Shown here: positions 1 through 10,208 of the stretch, piece after piece | Numbering within the stretch: position 1 is the first letter of the stretch | Layout of the letters: each line of letters opens with the position of its first letter | Source: Dehalococcoidia bacterium | Lineage (GTDB): Bacteria > Chloroflexota > Dehalococcoidia > Lucifugimonadales > UBA3495 | DNA: 64,000 nt | Direction: 5' to 3' | NCBI GenBank assembly: GCA_022451945.1 | Contig: JAKUNK010000008.1 | Coordinates: forward strand, 44,195-108,194 | The notes under the pieces: model-generated | What the model was told of the DNA's origin: nothing | The model's input: only the letters and a program-made list of their open reading frames with translations | The model's database searches: none | Made by a program: the position numbers and the translations under genes

Positions 1-35
1 GAGGCCGCAACGGCCTAACGAGGAGATAGCGAACG

Positions 36-818
36 ATGGTTGCCTTTACTGAAGAGATGGTGGACGTTGGCGGTACCAAGGTCCATACCCTGAAAGGTGG
101 CTCCGGCGAGCCACTACTCCTGCTCCACGGCGCTGGAGGAAATACCGGCTGGCTGAGGTTCGCCGACGCCCTAGCCGAGAAGTACACGGTCTACTACCCG
201 TCTCATCCCGGCTACGGCAAGACAGACCGACCCGACTGGCTGGAGACAATCCCAGACATGGCCTGCTTCTATACCTGGTATCTGGAGTCCTTAGGTTTGG
301 AGGGTGTCCGCACTATCGGGTTCTCAATGGGCGGCTGGATTGCCTCGGAGATTGCCGCCATGTGTAACCATTCCATAAGCAAATTAATGTTAGTTGGTGC
401 CGCAGGCGTCAAACCCAACGACAGTGAGATTACCGACATATTCATCATCAGTCCCGCCCAGGTACTGGATCTGATGTACCACGACACCAGTCAGGCCCCC
501 GAATATCAAAAACTCTATGGAACGGATCCTACTCCCGAACAGGCAATGGTCGCTGAAACCAACCGCGAGATGGCCGTGCGCCTTTGCTGGAAGCCATACA
601 TGCACGATCCACGGCTAACCAGTCTGCTGCAACGGGTCAAGGTTCCGGCACGTATGGTCTGGGGTAAGAACGACGCCATAGTGCCCGTGGAATGCGGCGA
701 ACTCTATAAGCAGGCCATCAACGGCTCAGACCTGGTGGTTATAGACAACTGCGGCCACTCCCCTCAGGTTGAGAAACCTGAAGAGTTCATCAAAACAGCC
801 CTAGATTTCCTGGCGTAA
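36..818 (+). CDS. alpha/beta-fold hydrolase (C-C / meta-cleavage-product hydrolase-like)
   Basis: 260-aa ORF. HGAGG motif, GFSMGG nucleophile elbow (G-x-S-x-G) and C-terminal NCGHSPQ His region. GAGGAG Shine-Dalgarno at 21-26. Confidence 0.8.
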   Translation: MVAFTEEMVDVGGTKVHTLKGGSGEPLLLLHGAGGNTGWLRFADALAEKYTVYYPSHPGYGKTDRPDWLETIPDMACFYTWYLESLGLEGVRTIGFSMGGWIASEIAAMCNHSISKLMLVGAAGVKPNDSEITDIFIISPAQVLDLMYHDTSQAPEYQKLYGTDPTPEQAMVAETNREMAVRLCWKPYMHDPRLTSLLQRVKVPARMVWGKNDAIVPVECGELYKQAINGSDLVVIDNCGHSPQVEKPEEFIKTALDFLA

Positions 819-902
819 ACAAACATTCAGCAAACACTGGTCAGTTCTCAGATTTCCTAGCTGCTGATGGCTGGCCTCATAAAGCATCTCTCAAGGAGAA
901 CC

Positions 903-2036
903 ATGAGCCTAGACGTTTATTATTTCACTGAGATGCCCTACCACTATATCAATGATGATTTAGCGGAGCAGTGGCCATCTCTGCGGCTGACCTTTCCAAA
1001 CAGCTACTTCGACCCCAACAAGGCCACAGACCTCTTCAAGCGGTACCTAGACGAGTTCCAATACGCAGAGGAGGCCGGATTCCAGGGGCTGATGATTAAC
1101 GAACACCACAACACCCCGTCTTGCATGGACGTTGAGGTGAATATCACCGGCGGCATACTGGCCCGCCTGACCTCCAAGGCCAAGATTCTGATGCTGGGCA
1201 ACATGCTGCCCACCTCAGATAACCCACCAAGGCTAGCGGAAGAGATTGCCATGTTGGATGTCATATCCGGCGGCCGCATCGTGTCCGGTTTCGTCCGGGG
1301 AATCGGAGTGGAGAGTTGGGCCAACAACACCAACCCCGTATACAACCGGGAGAGGTTCGAAGAGTGCCACGACCTGATAATAAAGACTTGGACGACTCCC
1401 GGCCCTTTCCGCTGGGAAGGCAAGCACTACCAGTACCGAGCAGTAAACCCATGGATGGTTCCGGTCCAGAAACCTCATCCTCCCGCCTGGGTCCCAGGCA
1501 CCGGCAGCCCTGAAACTGTGGAGTGGGCGGTTAAGCACCGTTACACATACGCGGCATTCTTAACCGAGCTAAGCAGGGCTAAGGACCTGTTCGGCAGCTA
1601 CCGGGAGCAGGCTGCCCAGCAAGGTTGGGAAGCAGGGCCCGATAAGTTCGCCTTCATGATCTGCGCTCACGTCAACGAGACCGACGAAAAAGCTCAAGAA
1701 TCAGGCAAGGCATTTATGTGGCGTATGGGACATCCTCTGAAAGGACCAAGAGAATACTGGGCCCCACCAGGTTACTTCTCCCAGGCCGGTGTGTCCGCCA
1801 ACGCCGCACGCAGGCAGAGGCCCATGAACGAACTGTCATATGAAGAACTCCAGGAACACAACCACCTGGTCGTCGGCAGTCCCGACACCGTCATTAAGAA
1901 GCTCCGCCACATCAAGGAGGAACTGGGGATAGGTTCGCTGCTGCTGGAAACCCAAGGCGGACCGCTGTCCCACGAGGACACCATGCGCTCCATAAAACTG
2001 ATGGGCGAAGAAGTTATTCCAGCCCTACAAGGCTAA
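903..2036 (+). CDS. LLM-class (luciferase-like) flavin-dependent monooxygenase, paralogue 1
   Basis: ORF 867..2036. Preferred start is ATG 903, preceded by AAGGAG at 893-898 (377 aa). FTEMPY, INEHHN, EEIAMLDVISGGR and NPVYNRERFEE blocks. Long identical blocks shared with the CDS at 28690..29868. Confidence 0.85.
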   Translation: MSLDVYYFTEMPYHYINDDLAEQWPSLRLTFPNSYFDPNKATDLFKRYLDEFQYAEEAGFQGLMINEHHNTPSCMDVEVNITGGILARLTSKAKILMLGNMLPTSDNPPRLAEEIAMLDVISGGRIVSGFVRGIGVESWANNTNPVYNRERFEECHDLIIKTWTTPGPFRWEGKHYQYRAVNPWMVPVQKPHPPAWVPGTGSPETVEWAVKHRYTYAAFLTELSRAKDLFGSYREQAAQQGWEAGPDKFAFMICAHVNETDEKAQESGKAFMWRMGHPLKGPREYWAPPGYFSQAGVSANAARRQRPMNELSYEELQEHNHLVVGSPDTVIKKLRHIKEELGIGSLLLETQGGPLSHEDTMRSIKLMGEEVIPALQG

Positions 2037-2137
2037 CTAGAATCTCAAATACATTCGCCCTTAAAGGCTAATGGCAGAACGCGGCCAAACTCCACATCTG
2101 CCAAACTTGTTGAATAAAGAGACCACACCTCGATTAG

Positions 2138-3214
2138 CTAAAACAAACAGGGGACAGACATCTCTCCGCAGGTGTCCCTGATCCAGTCAGCAACCTCCGG
2201 ATGAAGCGGAATGCCCTCTTCACGTCGGACCGCTTCAACCTCAGCCTCGGGCTGGCCAGCCACCAACACTCGGTCATGGCCAGGCGCAGGCCTGGTGGTC
2301 TGCATCATCTGGGACCACTCGTCCATCTGCACCTTGAAGGGCTCGACATCGGTGAAAGCATCGATGCTGTAGGCCGCTACCATATGACCAAAATTGGGCC
2401 TGCCGGGCACAACTCCGTAGCCGAACCCAGTTAGAACCCCTGCCAGAATATCCACGATACAAGAGAAGCCGTAACCCTTATGGGAGCCGCCTTCACGGTC
2501 GCTACCGAGAGGCAAAAGCGTGACCTTCTCCGGAGCAGGCGATGGCTCCATGATTGGGCTGCCGTCCTCAGCTGCCAGCCAGCCTCCGGGAATCTCAGCA
2601 CCCAGCCGCCCGGCGATGCGTATCTTGTTCACCGCCACTGAACTGGTGGCCGCATCAAACACAAACGGGGGCTCATTCAAACACGGCACAGCGATAGCGA
2701 TCGGGTTGGTCCCCAACCGGGGTTCGGCGCCAAATGTCGGCAACACCGAGGGAGGGCAGCTGGTCATGCAGACGCCGATCATGTCGTGGTCCAAGGCCTT
2801 CATAGCGTGATAGGACGCCATGCCTAGATGGCGCGCATTTCCGATAGTCACCATGCCCAGGCCAACGTTCTTAGCCTTCTCGATGGCGATATCCATGGCC
2901 TTGGGGGTGATGATGGTTCCCAGACCACGGTCGGAGTCCACAGTGGCAGTGCTAGGTGTCTCTCGAATCACTTTCCAGTCGGGCTGGGGATTTATGGATC
3001 CTTCCTGGTAGCCCTGGATATAACTTTTCAGCATGTTGGAAACGCCGTGGGAGTCCACACCCCTAAGATCGGCCAGAACCTGCACGTCGGCTGCCAAGAG
3101 CGAGTCCTCAGGTGACACTCCTAGCTTCTCGAAGATGCCTGCTACGGTTTTCTTGAGATCATCTCCCTGAACGAACTCTGCGTCGTCATGGCTGACCTTG
3201 AATTGCTCTAACAC
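2138..3214 (-). CDS. Ldh2-family (malate/L-lactate/sulfolactate-type) dehydrogenase
   Basis: 358 aa. DSHGVSN and GGSHKGYGFS motifs typical of the Ldh_2 family. Confidence 0.75.
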   Translation of the reverse strand: MLEQFKVSHDDAEFVQGDDLKKTVAGIFEKLGVSPEDSLLAADVQVLADLRGVDSHGVSNMLKSYIQGYQEGSINPQPDWKVIRETPSTATVDSDRGLGTIITPKAMDIAIEKAKNVGLGMVTIGNARHLGMASYHAMKALDHDMIGVCMTSCPPSVLPTFGAEPRLGTNPIAIAVPCLNEPPFVFDAATSSVAVNKIRIAGRLGAEIPGGWLAAEDGSPIMEPSPAPEKVTLLPLGSDREGGSHKGYGFSCIVDILAGVLTGFGYGVVPGRPNFGHMVAAYSIDAFTDVEPFKVQMDEWSQMMQTTRPAPGHDRVLVAGQPEAEVEAVRREEGIPLHPEVADWIRDTCGEMSVPCLF

Positions 3215-3366
3215 TTTGACTCTCCTCGAGGGTACAGAATCGCAGGCTGAGTGTTCTTCTTAGCCTGCCTAGTCATCTTTCACGGAAGTATAGCACCAGG
3301 CCAGTTGGCCTGAGCCCCCAGCGTTGCTATAATCCCGCCACTCGTATCTTACCCCGCAGGTGGCGC

Positions 3367-4473
3367 ATGACCGATCTCAAACAACAGGCACTAGACTACC
3401 TCTCCCGGTTGGGCGGCAACCCCGCCACGGCATTCCGGGAGGAAGGAGTAGCGTCCACCGTTAAAGCTATCCTGCGGGAGATAGGTGCCGGGTTTGAGCA
3501 AGACGCGTTCGGCAACATCATCGCCAAGGTCCCAGGTACTGACCCAAGCGCCAACCCACTAGCCGTCGTCGCCCACATGGACCACCCAGGTTTTGAGATA
3601 ACCGGCAGCCACCCGGACGGACACATCGCCACGGCCATGGGCGGGATTCCTCCATCCAGCTTCGAATCAGGCGTGCCGGTTCAAGTGCTGCTCCCCGATG
3701 GCAGCCGGGTCAATGGGGCAACCACAGGCAGGTACGGAGAGGAGAGTGACCGGCAAGTACTGATCAAACTAGAGCAACCCCAGGACTTAGAGCCGCCTTT
3801 ATCAGTGGTTTTCGACCTGATTGATTACGAACTGGACGGGGATATGATTCGCATGCGTGCCGTGGACGATCTCGCCGGATGCGGCAGCATCTTGGCCATG
3901 ATTGCCCAGCTAACCGAGGGCGATGCCTCACCGGGTGATGTCTACGGAGTATTCACCCGCGCTGAGGAGGTCGGGCTGGTAGGCGCCAGGCTCATGGCTG
4001 ATTCCGGCACCTTGCCGCCCGATACACTGGTGATATCCGCAGAGTCCAGCCGAACTCTGCCCGGCGCAGAACAGGGTGAAGGCCCAGTCATCCGGGTCGG
4101 TGACGCCGGGTTCACATTCACCGCCGACGCCGAATCGGTTCTGATACGAGCACGCGAAACCTTGAATGAGCGAGACAACGGTTTTAAGTGCCAGCGTCAA
4201 CTAATGAGCGGAGGAACCTGCGAAGCCAGTGCATTCGCAGTCTTCGGATACCAGACCACCGGCATAGCTTTCCCTCTCGGCAACTACCACAACGGTGCGC
4301 CTGAAGGCCGGATCGAAGCCGAATATATCCACATAGACGACTACCTAGGCGGTGTGAAACTGCTCACTGAAGCCGCCCACTGCGTCTCAGACCGCACGAA
4401 TACCGCCTTCCGCCAACGCCTCCGCGAGGTGCCCGCAGATATGCGCCAGCGAATGCTGGATACGAGAGGGTAA
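3367..4473 (+). CDS. M42/M20-like metallopeptidase-fold hydrolase
   Basis: 368 aa. VVAHMDHPGF, VDDLAGC, RAEEVGLVGA and GGTCEAS metal-ligand-type motifs. Confidence 0.6.
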   Translation: MTDLKQQALDYLSRLGGNPATAFREEGVASTVKAILREIGAGFEQDAFGNIIAKVPGTDPSANPLAVVAHMDHPGFEITGSHPDGHIATAMGGIPPSSFESGVPVQVLLPDGSRVNGATTGRYGEESDRQVLIKLEQPQDLEPPLSVVFDLIDYELDGDMIRMRAVDDLAGCGSILAMIAQLTEGDASPGDVYGVFTRAEEVGLVGARLMADSGTLPPDTLVISAESSRTLPGAEQGEGPVIRVGDAGFTFTADAESVLIRARETLNERDNGFKCQRQLMSGGTCEASAFAVFGYQTTGIAFPLGNYHNGAPEGRIEAEYIHIDDYLGGVKLLTEAAHCVSDRTNTAFRQRLREVPADMRQRMLDTRG

Positions 4474-4593
4474 TTCCCTGCCGTCATCACGCCAACGCTC
4501 GCGTTCCAGAACGGCGAGGTGAAACAACCTCAAATCCTGAAAGGAATATCCTGGATTCCTGCCTTCGCAGGAAAGATGCAAGGAGAGCCATTA

Positions 4594-6042
4594 ATGGCCA
4601 TTCAAGACATAGCCTACCTATCAGCAACGGAACTGGGTTCCGCCATCAAGGCCAAACAAGTGTCTCCGGTCGAGGTAGTAGAGGCCTATCTAGACCGTAT
4701 CGAGCGTATAGATCCACAGGTCAACTCATACATCACGGTCATGGCAGAGCATGCACGACAAGAAGCTCTTGAGGTCGAAGCCGAAATCAGGCGCGGAGAC
4801 TATCGCGGACCTCTCCACGGTGTCCCAATCGCCATCAAGGACCAGATCTACACCAAGGGCGTTCTCACCACCGACGCCTCCAAGATTCGATCTGACTTCA
4901 TACCGAAATACGACGCCACTGTGGTCACCAACCTCAAGAAGGCTGGTGCTATCCTTCTGGGTAAACTAAACATGAGCGAGTTCGCTCATGGTGAGCCTCA
5001 GAGTTCGGCATTCGGTCCGGCCCGAAACCCATGGGACCTGACCCGCAGCCCCGGAGTTTCCAGCACCGGATCAGGGGCAGCCACTGCGGCCCGCCTGTGC
5101 GCCACTTCACTTGGCGAAGATACTGGCGGTTCCATCAGAGGTCCTGCAGCCAATTGTGGTTTGGTCGGCCTGCGTCCCACCTGGGGACGAGTCAGCCGCT
5201 ACGGCGTGGACGGAGCAGGGTGGTCATTCGATACCATCGGGCCAGTCTCCCGGACAGTGGAAGACTGCGCCATCACCATCGGCGGCATTGCCGGTTATGA
5301 CTCCAACGATCCGTCGACCCACCAGGTGTCCGTTCCAGACTACCAAGCGGCTCTAACCGGCGATATCAAAGGCCTGAAGGTGGGAGTGGTCCAAGAATTG
5401 ATCGACCCGGTGGAATTGGAACTGGACCCGCAGATGCGTCAATCAGTGATTAACGCCATCGAGGTGCTGGCTGAACTAGGTGCCGAGATCAGGCAGGTGT
5501 CCATGCCCTTAGCTGAAAAGTCTGGCTACATCACCAGGGCCATCACCCACGTCGACAGGGTCAGCTTACGCCCTGAATACCTGAGGGAACGCCCCGACGA
5601 CTACCACTACAACACACGAGTCCACTTCAGCACCGCCAACCTGATTCCCGCCCAGACCTATTACAAAGCCCAAAAATTGCGGACCATGATAAGGGAACAG
5701 GTGCTGGGATTGTTGGAAGAAGTAGATGTTCTGGTTCAGCCAACGTCAGGCGCACCCGCTAACGTAATCAACTTGGAACAGAAAGTAAACAGCCAAGAGT
5801 ACGCCAGAAAAGCTCTGGCCGCAGGTGGTTTCAGAGGCCCCTACAGCCTAAGCGGCGCCCCAGCCTTATCCATACTTTGCGGCTTCACGTCACCCGCGGA
5901 CGGGCCGAACGGAAACGAAGGTTTACCCTTAGCTATGCAGATAGCAGGACGCCCCTTCGAAGAAGCAACGGTTCTTCGCGTAGCGCACGCCTACGAGCAA
6001 GCGGCAGGATGGAACACGCGGGTCCCACCTGCTGCTCTTTGA
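4594..6042 (+). CDS. amidase-signature family amidase (GatA-like)
   Basis: ORF 4519..6042. ATG 4594 follows AGGAGAG at 4581-4587 (482 aa). IAIKDQ (Lys), Gly/Ser-rich GVSSTGSGAATAA and GGSIRGPA (nucleophile Ser). Confidence 0.85.
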   Translation: MAIQDIAYLSATELGSAIKAKQVSPVEVVEAYLDRIERIDPQVNSYITVMAEHARQEALEVEAEIRRGDYRGPLHGVPIAIKDQIYTKGVLTTDASKIRSDFIPKYDATVVTNLKKAGAILLGKLNMSEFAHGEPQSSAFGPARNPWDLTRSPGVSSTGSGAATAARLCATSLGEDTGGSIRGPAANCGLVGLRPTWGRVSRYGVDGAGWSFDTIGPVSRTVEDCAITIGGIAGYDSNDPSTHQVSVPDYQAALTGDIKGLKVGVVQELIDPVELELDPQMRQSVINAIEVLAELGAEIRQVSMPLAEKSGYITRAITHVDRVSLRPEYLRERPDDYHYNTRVHFSTANLIPAQTYYKAQKLRTMIREQVLGLLEEVDVLVQPTSGAPANVINLEQKVNSQEYARKALAAGGFRGPYSLSGAPALSILCGFTSPADGPNGNEGLPLAMQIAGRPFEEATVLRVAHAYEQAAGWNTRVPPAAL

Positions 6043-6552
6043 CTACTGCCGATCCTGTAGTTCATCTATCTGCTCTCTAGTGCGATTGTAGATCTGAGGG
6101 ACGTCCCAGCCTTCTAGTCCAGCGTAGGTGTCTATCTGGGAACGGTGGTGGACCTCGTGTTCCAGCAGCATCATCAGGATTCTCCAACCGCTGAGCATTC
6201 CGTCCGTGTCTATCATCTTGACCCGACGGTTGAGCCAATCCGTAGGCGTCCCCGAGATCTGCCTTTGGAACTCAATAGCCGAGGCTTCCAACGCAGATAC
6301 CCAGCCCGACTGCTTCTCCGTACTGGGTGGCTTCCAGTCATAACGCCAACCCTTTCCGGTATACGCAGAAGCGAAGTACATCCTGGACTCACAGATGTGA
6401 TGGACGATCTGAGAGATTCCCCACCCTTTTTCACCTTCACCCCGTGACGGCTCCCAGGCTTGGGCCATAGGCGGTAGCGCCTCGATATCTCGCAGAGTCC
6501 GCCGATGGATCGACCGGAAGAAACCCAGGTATGCTTCAGGGTCGGTAATCAT
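6043..6552 (-). CDS. DinB-family four-helix-bundle protein
   Basis: 169 aa. His-rich IVHHICE and LLEHEVHHRSQ motifs. Its stop codon abuts the amidase stop (convergent, zero spacing). Confidence 0.7.
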   Translation of the reverse strand: MITDPEAYLGFFRSIHRRTLRDIEALPPMAQAWEPSRGEGEKGWGISQIVHHICESRMYFASAYTGKGWRYDWKPPSTEKQSGWVSALEASAIEFQRQISGTPTDWLNRRVKMIDTDGMLSGWRILMMLLEHEVHHRSQIDTYAGLEGWDVPQIYNRTREQIDELQDRQ

Positions 6553-6598
6553 GCTATCTCCCTCTGGATTTGTTCACGAAATTTGGCGAACACAGTAC

Positions 6599-7957
6599 TT
6601 ACTTGACCGCTAGTAGGTCGTAGGCAAGGGCCACCATTATCCTAGTGCCGCTGATCAAGCTCTGTATGCCTACCGACTCGTTGGTTCCATGGATGAAACT
6701 AATCATAGGGTCGTCGTCCGGGTGGGAGCCCACCATTCCGTAGGTAGTCGTGCCAAGGTTGCGAGTGAACCGAGAGTCGGTGAACCCAGTAGTCAAAGAC
6801 GGCACCCACTGAATATCGTCCCTGTTCAACGCGTTAGCGGTACTGATCTGAATATGCTCGGCGAACTCGGTCTCGAACGGCGAGGCATTGGGGATGGACA
6901 TGTAATCGATGTCTATCTCCACACCTTCTATGCCGTCGAGAATCTTATCCAGCTCTTGCCGAACGTAAGCCTCGTCCTGGTGGGGCAATGTCCGGATGTC
7001 GCAGGTCAGGCGGACGGTCTCCGGAACACTGTTCGACTTGATACCTCCCTGAATCATGGTGGGAGTGATGGTCATCCGGGAAAGGGCCTTCATGATTGAG
7101 GCGAACCGGGGCTGGCTTTCCTCGTTGTCGGCTATGATCTGGTCGATGTTCGCCGGCGATGGTTTGTCTTCGATGGCGAACATCGAAAGGTGATCAAACA
7201 GGCTAGTAGAGGTGTCCCGCTCGGCTTCATAGGCCTCTATCCGTTTCACAACCTCAGACAATCCGAAAAGTGCGTTGGACCCCTGCCAAGGGGTTGATGC
7301 ATGAGCGCTGCTACCCCGCACCTCGATCTCCAATTGGAGCCTGCCTTTCTCTCCGATTCCAAGCAGATACGTCAAGTTGCCAGCCGCTGAGATGGGCACA
7401 CCACCGCCCTCGTTCACGGCATAAGGTGCTGCCAACTTCTCCGGGTGATGCTCGGCCATCCAGCCGAACCCATAGCGGCCACCGTGCTCTTCGTCAGCAC
7501 ACGACGCCAATATCAGACCATCCTTCAGTTCGACCTTATTGCGTTTGAGGATACGCATGGCAATGAGCTGGCATGTGAGCAGAGCCTTACAGTCGGATGC
7601 TCCCCGACCGAATACCCTTCCATCAGCTACCGTGGCGCTGAAGGGCGGGAAACGCCATTTCTCCTCTTCTTCGACAGGCACCACATCCAGATGGGACATG
7701 AACATCAAGCCAGCCCTTCCGGAACTACCCTCCAGCCGGGCGATCAGGTTGCCCCGATCCGGGGCCGATTCGATGGTCTCTGAAGCTATGCCGTCTTCAG
7801 CAAGCCATTTCTCGATGTAGCGGCAGGCTTCCGTTTCATTTCCGGTGGGCATGGCACCGGTGTTCACGGTGGGTATGCGGACCAAGTCCTGCTCCAGTGC
7901 GACAATCTCGTCCCGCATCTCATCTACTTGATCCAGCAAGCTGTCTAGGTCTGGCAT
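6599..7957 (-). CDS. M20-family metallohydrolase (ArgE/DapE/ACY1/CPG2-type)
   Basis: 452 aa. SHLDVVP, GRGASDCK, ADEEHGG and NEGG motifs. Confidence 0.85.
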   Translation of the reverse strand: MPDLDSLLDQVDEMRDEIVALEQDLVRIPTVNTGAMPTGNETEACRYIEKWLAEDGIASETIESAPDRGNLIARLEGSSGRAGLMFMSHLDVVPVEEEEKWRFPPFSATVADGRVFGRGASDCKALLTCQLIAMRILKRNKVELKDGLILASCADEEHGGRYGFGWMAEHHPEKLAAPYAVNEGGGVPISAAGNLTYLLGIGEKGRLQLEIEVRGSSAHASTPWQGSNALFGLSEVVKRIEAYEAERDTSTSLFDHLSMFAIEDKPSPANIDQIIADNEESQPRFASIMKALSRMTITPTMIQGGIKSNSVPETVRLTCDIRTLPHQDEAYVRQELDKILDGIEGVEIDIDYMSIPNASPFETEFAEHIQISTANALNRDDIQWVPSLTTGFTDSRFTRNLGTTTYGMVGSHPDDDPMISFIHGTNESVGIQSLISGTRIMVALAYDLLAVK

Positions 7958-7984
7958 TTTCTTACTCCAGTTCGTGTGATTACC

Positions 7985-9745
7985 CTAATACCCCACCGCA
8001 TACGCCTCGCACCTTGGGTCTGCGCCACCCTGCAGGACTTTAGTTTCCGGGTTACGCGTGATAGCGCAGTATAGAGAAGAACCCTCCCACCAGTCGGGAT
8101 ACATCTCAATGGTATGCCCCTTCCGACGCAGAGACTCAGCAGTCTCATCTGATATTCGGCCTTCCAATCGCAACATGCCCGGCTCGTACTTAGAAGGAAA
8201 GCCAGACTGCGGAAAGTTGTAGCTGAAGAACCGTGGCTCTTCCACTGCTTCCTGGGGATCCCGTCCGAATTCCAGGATGTTTAGCAGCAACTGCAGGGTC
8301 CCCTGTGGTATGTGGTCGCCGCCGTGGGCTCCTAGAGCCATCACCGGCTCGCCGTCCTGCAATACCAACGCCGGGGCAGGGGTTAGCCTGGGCCGTTTGC
8401 CTGGCTGCACCGAGGCCGGAGCTGATTCGTCCAACTTAGATTGGGAACCTCTCAGCGAGAAGGCCAGACCGGTTCCTGGTATGATCGGTCCGCCATTCTT
8501 GGTACCCTCAGAGGGTGTGCTGGAGAAGATGTTACCGTCCCGGTCAATCACTGCGAAGTAAGAAGTTCCACCGCCGCTAGGGCCCGCTGTTGCCAATGGG
8601 ACCGGGGCGTCCTTGGGGGACAACGGTCCGCCGTTCAAAGTGGGTTTGCGACCTCGCGGGTCTCCGGCGGGAGGCATTCCTGGCCAGGCCATATCCTCAT
8701 GGATGAGTACCCTGCGCTGCGCAAGGTACTCTTCGGAAAGCAGCTCGTTGATCGGAACATCCACAAAGTACGGGTCACCAACATATTGTTCCCGGTCCGC
8801 GAATGCCAGGTTCAGTGCTTGACTCACGGTGTGTATGTACTCCGGCGTGTTGTGCCCCATCGATGACAGATCGAAACCTTCCAGAATCTTGAGGGCCTGA
8901 GGGAAGGTCGGCCCCTGTCCCCACGGCCCGGTACTATAGACATCGTATCCTTTGTAATTCACCGTTACCGGCGTGCCAACTTTCACATGATAGCGGGCCA
9001 GATCATCTTGGGTGAGCAGCCCGCCCAACTGCTGGTTGAAAGCCACGATCTTTCGGCTCAGGTCACCGGTGTATATCTCGTCCCTGGCCGCCTGCAGGGC
9101 AGCTTCCCGGCCATTGCCAGCGTTTGCGCTCTCGATCTCCGCTAACATGGACAGCGTGGCACCAAGGTCTTTCTGGTAGAAGATCTCCCCCTGCTTGGGA
9201 GGCTTTCCATTGGGCAGGTAAATCTCAGCCGTTGAGGGATGAGCGTTATAAGCATCAAATGCGGTCACAAATCGGCCTGCCAGGTAGCGGAACATGGGGA
9301 AACCGTCACTGGCAAGATCGATGGCGGCTGATGCCACTTGGCCAAAGGCCATGGTCCCGAACTGGGACAGAGACGTTATCCACGAGTCCGCGGCCGCAGG
9401 AGTCAGCGAGTTCATCACTCCTGGCACGAGTTTACCTCCGTGGTGTTTATTGAAGTAATCAACCGATGCTGCCTGCGGCCACACCCCTAGGCCATCTACT
9501 TCCACCACTTCTTTGCGGTCAGCCAAGTAAATGACAGTAGGAGCCACTCCCAAGAAACTACAGTCGTCCACGTGCACCACGTTCAACGCGATTCCCACCG
9601 CCACACCTGCGTCGATAGCGTTGCCGCCCTTCCTCAATATGTCCAGCCCCGCCATGGCGGCGCTGGGGTGACTAGCTACCACCATGCCATTCGTGCCCTG
9701 CATCAGCGGGCGGAAACTGGTTAACGTGGTTCCTGGTACGGGCAT
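7985..9745 (-). CDS. gamma-glutamyltransferase-family Ntn hydrolase without signal peptide
   Basis: 586 aa. The GGGTSYFAV autoprocessing-Thr context and overall GGT-like sequence. The N-terminus MPVPGTTLTSFRPLMQG has no hydrophobic signal region. Confidence 0.8.
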   Translation of the reverse strand: MPVPGTTLTSFRPLMQGTNGMVVASHPSAAMAGLDILRKGGNAIDAGVAVGIALNVVHVDDCSFLGVAPTVIYLADRKEVVEVDGLGVWPQAASVDYFNKHHGGKLVPGVMNSLTPAAADSWITSLSQFGTMAFGQVASAAIDLASDGFPMFRYLAGRFVTAFDAYNAHPSTAEIYLPNGKPPKQGEIFYQKDLGATLSMLAEIESANAGNGREAALQAARDEIYTGDLSRKIVAFNQQLGGLLTQDDLARYHVKVGTPVTVNYKGYDVYSTGPWGQGPTFPQALKILEGFDLSSMGHNTPEYIHTVSQALNLAFADREQYVGDPYFVDVPINELLSEEYLAQRRVLIHEDMAWPGMPPAGDPRGRKPTLNGGPLSPKDAPVPLATAGPSGGGTSYFAVIDRDGNIFSSTPSEGTKNGGPIIPGTGLAFSLRGSQSKLDESAPASVQPGKRPRLTPAPALVLQDGEPVMALGAHGGDHIPQGTLQLLLNILEFGRDPQEAVEEPRFFSYNFPQSGFPSKYEPGMLRLEGRISDETAESLRRKGHTIEMYPDWWEGSSLYCAITRNPETKVLQGGADPRCEAYAVGY

Positions 9746-10208
9746 CAGGGGTCCCTCCGAGTTATCATATTTCGTGTCGCAGATCTAAGATCAGAGATCT
9801 CCAACGATTTGGTGGGCGCATTACCAGAACTTGTAAGCGCCAGAGAAGTTAGATGCCAAGCCGATGAATATTCAGAGCGTTCCGTCGCGGTCTCTGAGAA
9901 CTTTCAAGAACTGTCCGAAAGTGGTGCGCTCGTTGTTCTAGGCGGCCGCAAGCATTTCAGCCTCTATCAGACCGTATCCGTCTCCTCTTCTCCCAAATAG
10001 CAAAATCAGCCGGTGCGGCCAGAAGACCTGTCGTACTGGGCTCAGATGAATCACGGGCATTTTAACAAGATCCCTGACCCAATGAATCAGTGAAGTTGGA
10101 TTCGGTCTCTACCGGGAGTAAACTGAAGCCAACACTGATTGTGGCTGCAGCTCCGGATGATTGCGGCCAGAGACCTGGCGAACAGATAAAATTCGGAGGA
10201 TGACAACC

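Noticed and set aside
9815-10060. Minus-strand frame giving MPVIHLSPV...EMLAAA-TAG-NNERTTFGQFLKVLRDRDGTL-TGA-IFIGLASNFSGAYKFW, with a vaguely XRE-HTH-like middle.
   Set aside because: It has two nonsense codons, no SD, and only a weak resemblance to any family. It may be a decayed gene, but I cannot support that from the sequence alone.
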